Numbered from the stretch's first letter, positions 17,360-26,414 are shown. The stretch: 31,443 nucleotides of DNA from Gemmatimonadota bacterium (GCA_016649455.1 JAENXO010000001.1:1-31443); one strand, 5' to 3'. Numbers and translations: made by a program. Notes: generated by a model from the letters alone, not told the origin.

Positions 17360-17541
17360 CTCTCTGAGGGACTACCCCGGATGACCTTCCGATCAACGGC
17401 TGGCCAGGGCCGACAGGTGCAACCTGTCGAGGAACGGTAGTTGCGCGAGCATACGATTACCGAGACCTCAGTCCTTTGCCGTAAAAGTAGCGATCAAACT
17501 CCGGTCGGCTCATGCCCCCCGGGAGTAGTCGCACGAGTGGA
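17360..17541 (+). ncRNA. Candidate structured ncRNA of about 180 nt, 6S-RNA-like long hairpin with central bubble
   Basis: Nested long-range pairing found by eye: GACUAC/CCCGG(17370-80) with CCGGG-A-GUAGUC(17519-30); AUGA/UCAU; ACGGC/GCCGU; AGGGC/GUCCU; inner hairpins 17411-29 and 17435-61 (GCGA tetraloop); TATAAA just upstream (17353-58). Identity not confirmed. Confidence 0.45.
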
Positions 17542-17549
17542 GGTGGAGA

Positions 17550-18743
17550 TTGAATACTCGCCACGCGCCTTCAGTCCTCTTGGTTTGCATCGTCTGCTGT
17601 ACCCTGGCGTGCGGGTCGAATCCGACCGGCCCGCCGGAGTCGGTATTAGCACCGGTTGTCGCGCGGGACGGCATTCCGTTCAATGGGCAGGCGATTCCGG
17701 AGGGGGTTCTCGATCGCCTGTCTCCCTACCGGGTCGTGATGGTCGGCGAGACGCATCATCTGACCGAGCATCGGGAGATGATGGCGGCGCTCGTGCGCGA
17801 CCTGCACGCGAGGGGGTTCCGCCAGCTGATGATGGAGCTGCCGCATATGGCGGACTGGCTGCTCATGGACTACGTCCTCGATGGCGGCGCCGTGCCCGGC
17901 TGGGAACCTCCCCTGGTCTTGGGGGGAAAGCTGATCACGGCCGTGAGGGACTTCAACCGCTCACTTCCCGAAACCGATCGCGTGCTGGTCCGGGGCATCG
18001 ACGTGAACCTCGACGATTACGGCGGCGCGGAGTCGTTCCTCGATTTGATCGGGTGGTACTCGGAGCAGCTGCCGGACCCCGGACCGATAGAGACGTTCCT
18101 CGCTGCACCCTACGCGACCCCCGCGAACCAGGCGGCCGCGATCGGGCAGTTGCAGGATGACCTCCAGAGCCAGCGCGCCGACCTGGTTGCGACCTGGGGC
18201 GAGCAGGCGTTCGAGACCGTGGCCGAGATGGTGGAGGTGGAGCGTACGAGCGTGACGATTCGCGCGGACCGGGATGCTCACTACAACGCCACGGTTCGGG
18301 AGCGCGAGCGGATCATCAAAGAGCTCTGCGATACGAGGATCGAAGAAACTCCGCACGGCACGCTGATCAACATCGGTGGAAACCACGCGCAGAAGACGCG
18401 CATGAAGGGCACGGAGCTCGAGTGGTTGGGGGACTACCTCGTCCATCGGAGCCCGGTGGTGAACGGGTCCATCATCGTTCTGGTCGTCACCGCTGCCCGG
18501 ATCGTCTCCCCAGACGGAGGCACGACTCTCTACGACCTGGGCGCGTCCCCTCCGAACGAGTTGTTCCGCCTGATGAACGAGACCTGGCCGAGCCACACCG
18601 TCTTCCTGCCACTAGGCGACCCGATCTTTTCTGAACAGGGCGTCCTGGTGAACTTCGAGAGCGAACTCTACTCGTCTGCTCTGAAGCGGGTGTACGACGT
18701 GGCCGTCCTGCTACCGCTGGCCCATCGCGATCCGGGAATGTAG
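17550..18743 (+). CDS. Lipoprotein of the erythromycin-esterase/ChaN/Tiki superfamily
   Basis: TTG start with GGAGGTGGAG RBS; lipobox TLAC; VVMVGETHH...HRE...MMELP, RGIDV, GGNHA motifs. Confidence 0.65.
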   Translation: MNTRHAPSVLLVCIVCCTLACGSNPTGPPESVLAPVVARDGIPFNGQAIPEGVLDRLSPYRVVMVGETHHLTEHREMMAALVRDLHARGFRQLMMELPHMADWLLMDYVLDGGAVPGWEPPLVLGGKLITAVRDFNRSLPETDRVLVRGIDVNLDDYGGAESFLDLIGWYSEQLPDPGPIETFLAAPYATPANQAAAIGQLQDDLQSQRADLVATWGEQAFETVAEMVEVERTSVTIRADRDAHYNATVRERERIIKELCDTRIEETPHGTLINIGGNHAQKTRMKGTELEWLGDYLVHRSPVVNGSIIVLVVTAARIVSPDGGTTLYDLGASPPNELFRLMNETWPSHTVFLPLGDPIFSEQGVLVNFESELYSSALKRVYDVAVLLPLAHRDPGM

Positions 18744-18752
18744 GCATCCTCG

Positions 18753-19805
18753 ATGAATTCGGCTCGCTTCTCACGTGACTCTGCGCCATTCCGAGGCGAT
18801 CGCGGTATCAAGGCCGATCGCTACAGAACGTATCTGCTGGTCGCCGCTATCGTTATGACGGTGTGGGGCATAGTCGGCTTCTTCGACGCCGGGCGTTTCG
18901 GGCGTGGAGGGTACGTGTACAGCCCGACGTATGTGGTCGAGGGGATCGAGCGCGGCGGGGCCGCCGACCAGGCGGGCCTTCGCGAAGGCGACAGAGTGAT
19001 CATGGTGGGCGGGATCCCAGTAGAGGATCTCCCGCTGTATTCACGCTGGCCTCGCGGCTTCGCGCCACGTCCCGGGGACGCGTTTCCCCTCGAGGTCGAG
19101 AGGCTCGGCGAGACCCTCGCCGTGGAAATCGTGTACGAACCGCCGACTCGGAGCAACGCCACGCTCAGACTGGGAGTCGCGATAATCGGGCTTTCGTTCA
19201 TGGGATCCGGGCTGTGGGCGCTGTTCTCGGTGGGGACCCGGTACGCGCTTCTCCTTACCTGGATCGGCCTGGCCGCTGGTGCGGCTACGTTTGGCAAGGG
19301 GCCCTACCTGGGCACGTGGGACGGCCTGGCGATGCACATTCAGTTTCTCGCCACGATCCTGTGGAGCCTCCTCATGCTCCGGTTCTTCATCACTTTCCCG
19401 TGGCCGAAGCGGATAGCGGAAAATAGAGTCGTCACGGGGATCATGTACGGCGCCTGCCTCCTCTTCGTGCCGGTGCTTGCCCTGGAGCTGCTGTTGCACC
19501 CGAAACTGTATCACTCGTTCGGGGGCCCCGGTGCACTCCTGATCGTCACGTTCAGTCTCCTGGCCGTAATGGCGCTCGTCCACACGCTTACGACTACGCG
19601 GCGTGATCGATTGAAGGAATCCGGAATGGGTCTCATCACCCTCGGGATCCTGGTAGCCGTCCTGCCGAACCTGCTATCCATGCTGAGCGGGATGCTCTTA
19701 CCGGACCTCGAGCTTCCCGGGTCGAGCTACCTTCCGCTCCTCATCGTCGCGATTCCGATTGCGATGGCCATGGCGGTTCGGAGGCATCCGCGGCGTGTGG
19801 AGTAG
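18753..19805 (+). CDS. PDZ-domain integral membrane protein (1 TM + PDZ + about 7 TM)
   Basis: GGAADQAGLREGDRVIMVGG is a PDZ signature; seven hydrophobic segments follow. Confidence 0.8.
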   Translation: MNSARFSRDSAPFRGDRGIKADRYRTYLLVAAIVMTVWGIVGFFDAGRFGRGGYVYSPTYVVEGIERGGAADQAGLREGDRVIMVGGIPVEDLPLYSRWPRGFAPRPGDAFPLEVERLGETLAVEIVYEPPTRSNATLRLGVAIIGLSFMGSGLWALFSVGTRYALLLTWIGLAAGAATFGKGPYLGTWDGLAMHIQFLATILWSLLMLRFFITFPWPKRIAENRVVTGIMYGACLLFVPVLALELLLHPKLYHSFGGPGALLIVTFSLLAVMALVHTLTTTRRDRLKESGMGLITLGILVAVLPNLLSMLSGMLLPDLELPGSSYLPLLIVAIPIAMAMAVRRHPRRVE

Positions 19806-19884
19806 GCTGCCCGGGTGCCCAGAATCGGTGTTTCCGTCTAAGTTTGAGCAGCGTCAGTGATCTTCCCGGCGACCTGGAGGCACG

Positions 19885-21882
19885 ATGAACCGCAGCGCTC
19901 GGACCATTCTCATCTCGACGATCGCCCTCGTCATAGCCACTCGTCCGGCCGTCGCGCAGACCGCTCCCACGGAACTCGAGATGGGAGACGTCATCCAGCG
20001 AGACATCTCGGTCGGCGAGGTCCACGCCTTCAGCGTCGACATGGATGCCGATCAGTTCCTGCTGGCGGTCGTCGAGCAGCGCGGGGTAGACGTGGCAATT
20101 ACGGCCTACGATCCGAGCGGTGAGGAGCTGGAGGAATTCGACACCCCGAACGGAGCGGTCGGACCGGAAGCCATCACCTTCGTCTCGGAAGACGCCGGCG
20201 AGTATCTCCTGGAAGTACACCCGTACGATGACGAGCAGGAGACGGGGACATACGACATCCGCATCGAACGGCTGGAAGCCGTTGCGGCTACGCCGGCCGG
20301 TAAAATCGATCAGATGTTTGTGGTGTGGGACCAGCCAGGCTCACCGGGAGCGGCCGTCGCGGTCATCCAGGACGGCGAGATCGTGTTCAAGAAAGGATAC
20401 GGCGAGGCCAACCTGGAGTACGGCGTGCCGATTACCCCGGGCAGCGTGTTCTACATGGCATCCGTATCGAAGCAGTTCGTCGCCTTCGCCATTCTGCTGC
20501 TGGAGCAGGAAGGCAGGCTCTCGCTGGATGATGACATCCGAAAATTCGTTCCGGAGCTCCCCGACTACGGCCAGCCAATCACCGTACGCCACCTGATCCA
20601 TCATACAAGCGGAATCCGGGACTACCTGGGACTGGCGGACCTGGCGGGGATGGATATCGGACGGTTCCACGACGACGATGGCGTGATCCGGTTCATTTCC
20701 AGGCAGAAGGCGCTGAATTTCGATCCCGGCGCGGAGTACCTGTACAGCAACTCCGGCTATTTCCTGCTCGCTGTGATCGTGGAGCGGGCCAGCGGCCAGA
20801 CGCTGCGGGAGTACGCCGATGAGCAGATCTTCGGCCCGCTGGGCATGGACAGCTCCCACTTCCACGACGACTACCAGCACATCATTCCCGAGCGCGCCTT
20901 CTCGTACTTCGAGGGTCCGGGCGGCTACCGGACTTTCCTCTCGACATTCGACCGGGTCGGCTCCGGCGGCACCTACTCCACGGTGGAGGACCTGTACCGG
21001 TGGGACCAGAACTTCTATGACGGAAAAGTGGGCGGGAAGGCATTGATCGAACGGATGCACACCCCCGGCATGTTGAACAACGGCAATGAGATAGACTACG
21101 CGATGGGGATCTCGGTCGGCGAGTACCTGGGCGTCAGGGAAGTCCAGCACGGGGGAGCCCTCGGAGGATATCGTACCTACCTGACGCGCTTCCCCGACCA
21201 GGACCTCTCCGTGATCGTGCTCGCCAACCTGGGGAGCGTCGGTGTCGGTCGGCTGGCCCACGACATCGCCGACCTCTACCTGGTCGACGTGCTGGAAGAC
21301 CGCGACAGCGAAGAGATCGACGCGGAACCGACCGCCGAGCGCGTGGCCGCCGACATCGATCCGGAGATCTACGAAGAGTACGTAGGGAAGTACGAACTGC
21401 GACCCGGCTTCATCCTCGCGGTTACGACCGATGATGGACGGCTGCTGGTCGAGCCGTCCGGTCAGCAACAGATCGAGATGGTCCCCGAGTCAGAAACCTC
21501 GTTCTTCGTGCGGGAGGTGGATGCCCGGCTCGAATTCCTGCGGAATGACAACGGCGATATTCACCAGCTGGTTCTGTACCAGGGTGGCCAGGAGATGGCC
21601 GCGCCCAGGATCGAGATCGTACCGCCGGATCCGGGCGACCTTCCGGGCTACGCCGGCGACTACTACAGCGAGGAGCTGGACGTCACGTACGTGATCACCC
21701 ACGAGGACGGAGAGCTGAGACTTAAGGTCGGGTGGGACCCGCGAGGGGAGATCGAGATGTCGCAGGCGGACGTCGGCCTCGGATCAGTCGGCACGCTGAC
21801 GTTCGACAGGAACGACGGGGGAGAGATCACGGGATTCTCGCTCGACGCAGGCCGCGTGCGCGGGATCGAGTTCACGAAATAG
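19885..21882 (+). CDS. Exported beta-lactamase-family serine hydrolase with N-terminal PPC-like beta-sandwich and C-terminal DUF3471-like domains
   Basis: Signal peptide ending AVAQ; SVSK (SxxK), YSN, HGG motifs; GGAGG RBS. Confidence 0.92.
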   Translation: MNRSARTILISTIALVIATRPAVAQTAPTELEMGDVIQRDISVGEVHAFSVDMDADQFLLAVVEQRGVDVAITAYDPSGEELEEFDTPNGAVGPEAITFVSEDAGEYLLEVHPYDDEQETGTYDIRIERLEAVAATPAGKIDQMFVVWDQPGSPGAAVAVIQDGEIVFKKGYGEANLEYGVPITPGSVFYMASVSKQFVAFAILLLEQEGRLSLDDDIRKFVPELPDYGQPITVRHLIHHTSGIRDYLGLADLAGMDIGRFHDDDGVIRFISRQKALNFDPGAEYLYSNSGYFLLAVIVERASGQTLREYADEQIFGPLGMDSSHFHDDYQHIIPERAFSYFEGPGGYRTFLSTFDRVGSGGTYSTVEDLYRWDQNFYDGKVGGKALIERMHTPGMLNNGNEIDYAMGISVGEYLGVREVQHGGALGGYRTYLTRFPDQDLSVIVLANLGSVGVGRLAHDIADLYLVDVLEDRDSEEIDAEPTAERVAADIDPEIYEEYVGKYELRPGFILAVTTDDGRLLVEPSGQQQIEMVPESETSFFVREVDARLEFLRNDNGDIHQLVLYQGGQEMAAPRIEIVPPDPGDLPGYAGDYYSEELDVTYVITHEDGELRLKVGWDPRGEIEMSQADVGLGSVGTLTFDRNDGGEITGFSLDAGRVRGIEFTK

Positions 21883-21891
21883 CATGCTTTG

Positions 21892-21931
21892 AGAGGCGGC
21901 AGCTTCGGACCTGTCGAGAGCTGCCGCCTCT
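21892..21931. terminator. Bidirectional hairpin between convergent genes
   Basis: Perfect 13-bp inverted repeat AGAGGCGGCAGCT(21892-904)/AGCTGCCGCCTCT(21919-31) between stops at 21882 and 21948. Confidence 0.75.
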
Positions 21932-21947
21932 ACGAGCACTCCTCACC

Positions 21948-22708
21948 TCACATGCCGGTGTTCGACACCGGGGCCCAGATATCGTCATCGTGAGCCCGGG
22001 TGAGCTCTGCGAACCGCTCCCAACCGGCCGCATTCCCGTCCCTGCTGTTACCGAACGTGCGGAACAGGTCGTCCAGCTGATCCCAGTCTTCGACGAAGTA
22101 GAGGAGCTTGACGTTGTGCGGACCGCCCGTGTTGTGGCCGAGCTTAACCCAACCCAACAGGATTCCCTCCTGCCTCGCCGTCTCGAGCACCGGCTTCATC
22201 AAGCTGGTCCACAACTCGTTCCACTCGCTCATGTCCTGGAAGTTTACGAGGTAGGACGCGGCGTACATGTGCGAGACATCGGCGTCCGTCGCATCGCCGA
22301 ACTGGACAGCTTCGATGTCCCAGATCTCGTCGCGATGCCTGGCTACGCTGCGGCTGCCGGCCGCCCACTCCGCCGCCGGGGTCGCCTCCTGGAGGCGAGA
22401 CAGGTATTCGCCCCAAAAGATGTTCAGCGAGGCCCAGTCGAAGGTTCGAACGACGGTGCGGATGTTGTAGTCATCACCGCCGGTGTGGTGCCGGGACTGG
22501 CCGAAGCCCTCGATCAGGCCTTCCTCCACCAGGCCCGCCAGCACCGGGACAGAGTACTCGCTATACCGGCGATTCCAGTCGCTCATTCCGGCTGCGTCGA
22601 CGCTGTAATACGCTTCGTACACGAAACTCGCTGTCTGGTCTTCCTGTGCGGCCGGGGTTGTGGAATGATCAGCAGGGCGATAGTGGCTCTGAGAAGTGCA
22701 TGGCGCAT
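21948..22708 (-). pseudogene. Secreted two-repeat dimeric alpha-beta-barrel (NIPSNAP-like) protein with a 1-nt frameshift in its signal peptide (pseudogene or sequencing error)
   Basis: GGAGG + ATG at 22708 gives MRHALLRATIALLIIP; the downstream frame reads TTPAAQEDQTASFVYEAYY...; the two are 86 nt apart (one base short of in-frame). Confidence 0.7.
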
Positions 22709-22775
22709 GGAGCCTCCAGGCTGCGGGAGTCTCGGTGGGCCGCCAGCTCCACGAACACCATAATCAGGGAAGACA

Positions 22776-24281
22776 TCAACCGCCGGTCAGCTGCTCCTCT
22801 TCCATCTCCGCGATATATCCGCGGGCATTCTCATTCGAGGGATCGAGTTCGATAGCTTTGCGATAATTGGCGATCGATTCCTCAAGTCGGCCGCCCGCCC
22901 GCAGGCTTTCCCCGTAGCTGTCCCACACGTTGGAGGATTCCGGGTAGTCGACCGTGTTGCGCTCGAACACCCAGGTCGCCTGCTCGACCGCGTCCCGGCG
23001 GAACAGCACGTAGCCGAGGCTGTTCACCGCGTCCTCGTCCAGCAGGTCCGGATACTCAGTCTTGATCCGCTCGAAGGCCGCCACACCCGCCTCCGTTCCT
23101 TCATGGAGGAAGGTCTTCGTCACCTCGAGCCGCGCCAGCCGGGTGGGATCGTCGTACCGGCCATATTCCAGCCAGCGCAGTGGCCAGTGATCGTCGTCGA
23201 ACGCGAGATCAAGGATGGCCGGGCCGATCGCGAGCCCGTTCTCGCTGTTCGTGAAGTAGACGATCGCGTCTCCGTCGTCCGGGTAGGCGAGCACGAAGCA
23301 GCGGGCCGTACCCTGGTCCCCCCAGTGCCAGAATGACGGACCGCGACGACCCTCCTGGAGCCCCCAGCCAAGGCCCCAGAACAGGTGGTCTCTCGCCTCC
23401 GGATTGTCATCCCACGCGGCTTTCTTGAGGTCGGAGCCGGGCGTGAGCATGGCTGCGCAGGTCTCCGGCACCAGGCCCTCACATTCCATGATCGCACCCA
23501 CGAACCGGGCATAGTCGGTTGCGGAGGTGTGCAGGCTGGCCGCCGCGTTGCCGCTCTCGGGCATCCGGCGGTTCGAGGGATAGCCGAGTTCGTCGTGCGG
23601 GATGGCCGCGAGTGAGTCGAACGGCTCGATCCAAACGTAGTGCGTTGCCGACATTCCCAGCGGCTCGAATACCTCCTGCATTCCGATCTGCTCGAGCGTG
23701 AGGCCGGTCTGTTTCTCGACCGCCTGCTGCAGGTAGACGAAGCCTTCGCCCGAGTAGCCCCAGCGCTCACCAGGATCGGCTTCAAAGGCGAGCTGCGTGT
23801 CACCCCACGCCCAGTTGGGAAGTCCTGTCGTGTGCGTGAGCACATGTCGGGTGGTGAGCTGCCGAGCACGTTCGTCGTGCGCCAGGCGCTCGTATTCCAG
23901 GATCTCCCACAGGGGCTGGTCGAGGTCCCACTCCCCGCGGTCGACCATGCGCAGGACTGCGTACGCGAACACCGGTTTGCTGAGCGATGCCGCCTCGAAA
24001 ACCGTGTTTTCGGTGACCGGGACTTCGTTCTCGGAGTTCGCGTAGCCAAACGCCGCCGTCATCGTGACTTCGCCCGATTCCATGTACGCCATCTGCAGAC
24101 CGGGCACGTCCGCCCGCTGCATGAAAACAGGGATACTGTCGAGCAGGACGAGGGCCGGGGCCTCGGCTGCGGCCGTCATTTCGGGAGTCGGATCCGAGTC
24201 GTCTGGCCCGCAGGCTACCAGTCCGACCATGAGGGCCAGAGACAGAAACGCGTGACGGCGGGCGGGGGCCGGGCTGTTCAT
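22776..24281 (-). CDS. Beta-lactamase-family serine hydrolase lipoprotein with C-terminal TPR
   Basis: Lipobox LVAC; FEAASLSK, YSG, HWG; TPR-like VNSLGY...SNVWDSYGE...YRKAIELDPSN. Confidence 0.92.
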   Translation of the reverse strand: MNSPAPARRHAFLSLALMVGLVACGPDDSDPTPEMTAAAEAPALVLLDSIPVFMQRADVPGLQMAYMESGEVTMTAAFGYANSENEVPVTENTVFEAASLSKPVFAYAVLRMVDRGEWDLDQPLWEILEYERLAHDERARQLTTRHVLTHTTGLPNWAWGDTQLAFEADPGERWGYSGEGFVYLQQAVEKQTGLTLEQIGMQEVFEPLGMSATHYVWIEPFDSLAAIPHDELGYPSNRRMPESGNAAASLHTSATDYARFVGAIMECEGLVPETCAAMLTPGSDLKKAAWDDNPEARDHLFWGLGWGLQEGRRGPSFWHWGDQGTARCFVLAYPDDGDAIVYFTNSENGLAIGPAILDLAFDDDHWPLRWLEYGRYDDPTRLARLEVTKTFLHEGTEAGVAAFERIKTEYPDLLDEDAVNSLGYVLFRRDAVEQATWVFERNTVDYPESSNVWDSYGESLRAGGRLEESIANYRKAIELDPSNENARGYIAEMEEEQLTGG

Positions 24282-24337
24282 TCATCTCTCCGTGATATGG
24301 CTGCGTCGCTGGCGTTCGAATTGATTGCGTGAGTCTC

Positions 24338-25483
24338 CTAGTACCCGGGCCAACCTTCCCTCTCACCGATCAGCTGACGGACCGCGTCGAACATCTCCGA
24401 TGCTCTGTCGCTGTTCGTCAGGATGACCAACCCGTATCCCAGGCTTCGGTGCGCGACCATCCTGCAGCGAAATCCGTCGTTCGCGCCGTCGTGTCCGAAG
24501 TACTGCTGGCCCCGGTCGACCCAGAGGCCGAACCCGAGCCCGTAGTCGTTCTTCACTTCCGTCACGAGCAGCCGGGCATTCTCCTGGCTCAGGACCCGGT
24601 TCGACTCGCCCCGCAACGACAGCTGCAACTCGATGAGGAAGCGGGCGAGATCGGACGAGGTGGTCCACAAAGACGCGGCAGCGACCTCCGGGTAGATGTG
24701 GTGCCCTCCCGGCACCGCCACGCCGTCCGCGTAGTAGCCGGAGGCAGCCGAGTCCTGCAACGAGTCCGGGAGAGGGTACTCGTACGTGCTCTCGCTCATG
24801 CCGGCCGGCTGCAGCACCCGCTGCCGGATGAAGTCGGAATATGCGAGCCCGGTCACGTCCTGCACCGCCTGCTGCATGACCAGGTAGCCACCGCCCGAAT
24901 AGCGGAACTGGCTTCCCGGCACCAGGTCAACCACGATCGGTGGCGAATTGGCGGGCGGATAGCCATTCAGAATCTGGATCAGTGAGGGCACGGGCTCGTA
25001 GTAGCGGTAGCCGCGAAATCCCCCGACCGTCGTCCCCGCCGTGTGGCTGAGCAACCGACGCAGGGTGACCTTTTCCGAGTCCTGAAGTGAGTTGTGGGTG
25101 AGCTTCCACTGGACGAGATAGTCGTTGATCTCCGTGTCCAGGGAGACCGTTCCATCCTGGACCAGGCTCATTACGCCAGTGGCCGATACCCCCTTGCTGA
25201 GGGACGCCGCCTGGAAAAGCGTTCCCGCGGTGACCGGCTCCAGGGTCGTCACACTCTTCACCCCGTGGACCTCGACGTAGTCCAGCTCGAAGTCCCGGAT
25301 CACGGCAATGCTGACGCCGGGAACGTCGTAGTATTGAATCAGGGACGCGATATCGGTCGCGTTCGCGGGCCCTGTCGTACTGCTGCAGGCCGTGACCGCC
25401 AGGCTGGGTATCGCGAACGCAGCCAGGGTCCGCGCAAGGGCCGCGCACCTCGGACGTCGTCTGGTCGTAAATCTCGAGATCAT
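24338..25483 (-). CDS. Beta-lactamase-family serine hydrolase lipoprotein
   Basis: Lipobox VTAC; FQAASLSK, LLSHTAG, YSGGG, GHDG. Confidence 0.92.
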   Translation of the reverse strand: MISRFTTRRRPRCAALARTLAAFAIPSLAVTACSSTTGPANATDIASLIQYYDVPGVSIAVIRDFELDYVEVHGVKSVTTLEPVTAGTLFQAASLSKGVSATGVMSLVQDGTVSLDTEINDYLVQWKLTHNSLQDSEKVTLRRLLSHTAGTTVGGFRGYRYYEPVPSLIQILNGYPPANSPPIVVDLVPGSQFRYSGGGYLVMQQAVQDVTGLAYSDFIRQRVLQPAGMSESTYEYPLPDSLQDSAASGYYADGVAVPGGHHIYPEVAAASLWTTSSDLARFLIELQLSLRGESNRVLSQENARLLVTEVKNDYGLGFGLWVDRGQQYFGHDGANDGFRCRMVAHRSLGYGLVILTNSDRASEMFDAVRQLIGEREGWPGY

Positions 25484-25599
25484 CGGAGCACCCCCACCTT
25501 CAGAGCGAACACGCGCCCTTCTCCACCCACCTGTGTGCCTGGGGTCGTTGCCTCGTCACAATACTGAACAGCTGAAACGGACTGCCCGTTGGGGCTCGG

Positions 25600-25633
25600 C
25601 GGCGCTCCTGCCTGAACAGGCGGGGGAGCGCCG
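25600..25633. terminator. GC-rich hairpin just downstream of the beta-barrel gene, possible terminator
   Basis: GGCGCTCC(25601-08)/GGAGCGCC(25625-32) plus inner GCCT-GAAC-AGGC; no clear U-tract. Confidence 0.4.
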
Positions 25634-25648
25634 ACTCGATCGATCTCC

Positions 25649-26218
25649 CTAGTGCCAGGTCGCTCCCACGGTGAACAGCAGTAGACTCGCTCCGTCTCCC
25701 TCGGTACCGGTGTACACGAAGTCGAGCGCCGGGGTGAGGAAGAAGTTGCGGGCGAGCTGTAGGTCGTAGCCGAGACCGGCTCCAAGCCCGATGCCGCCGT
25801 GGTCCTCCCGGATAGTGGTGGTCACGTTCCCCACACTGAACTCCGTTTCTGCCGACCGTCCGGCGAATCCGGCCCCGCCCTTCAGGTAGAAGCCGCCGCT
25901 CGGGCTTGGATAGTACAGCGCCGTGAACATCAGGGCGGCGCGGCCGATCGACCACTCGTCCTGGTTCGTTCCCCAGCCGATCATCTCACCGCCGATGAGC
26001 AGTTGCTGACTCAGGCTGCCGCCCATTCGGAGGAAGCCTGCGCCACCGAACTTGGAGTCGCCATCCCAGGCATCGTCTCCAAAGGCCGTACCTCCTCCGA
26101 AGCCGAAGCTGATCCAGAACCCGTCGTGAACGGCCGTTCGCTGGGCAGCGGCTGGAGCCGCGAGGAGAAGTACCAGAGCCCCTGACGTGATCATGCGCCC
26201 GAAAACCCGATTCAGCAT
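25649..26218 (-). CDS. Outer-membrane beta-barrel protein (8-stranded, OmpA-like membrane domain)
   Basis: ATG 26218 with GGGAG RBS; signal peptide ending AAAQ; alternating Gly/aromatic strands; C-terminal TVGATWH beta-signal-like end. Confidence 0.85.
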   Translation of the reverse strand: MLNRVFGRMITSGALVLLLAAPAAAQRTAVHDGFWISFGFGGGTAFGDDAWDGDSKFGGAGFLRMGGSLSQQLLIGGEMIGWGTNQDEWSIGRAALMFTALYYPSPSGGFYLKGGAGFAGRSAETEFSVGNVTTTIREDHGGIGLGAGLGYDLQLARNFFLTPALDFVYTGTEGDGASLLLFTVGATWH

Positions 26219-26378
26219 GGTTCCGCTCCCAATTCGAGACAGGGTCTTGCGCGTGAGAGAAGATATCGAACAAAAGCGGAGATATCGACCGGTTGACGGA
26301 CGGATGACGGCCCTCGGAGACGTGATCTTGAAGAGCACGTGCGGACCGTCTTTCCCGAATCCGCCCTGTGACCCGGTA

Positions 26379-26408
26379 TTGGCCGATGTAGCTACATGAC
26401 GCTACATT
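26379..26408 (+). promoter_or_regulatory. TA promoter and antitoxin operator
   Basis: Perfect palindrome ATGTAGCTACAT (26386-97) plus a second GCTACAT (26401-07); TTGGCC-18nt-TACATT. Confidence 0.7.
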
Positions 26409-26414
26409 GTCCGC

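Noticed and set aside
17345-17475. TPP, SAM-I, yybP-ykoY, glmS, group II domain V or tRNA-Sec identity for the structured region
   Set aside because: Only partial word matches (CUGAG..ACCC, GAGGGACU, GAGACCU); the required conserved cores and pairings are missing, and there is no cloverleaf or UCA anticodon.
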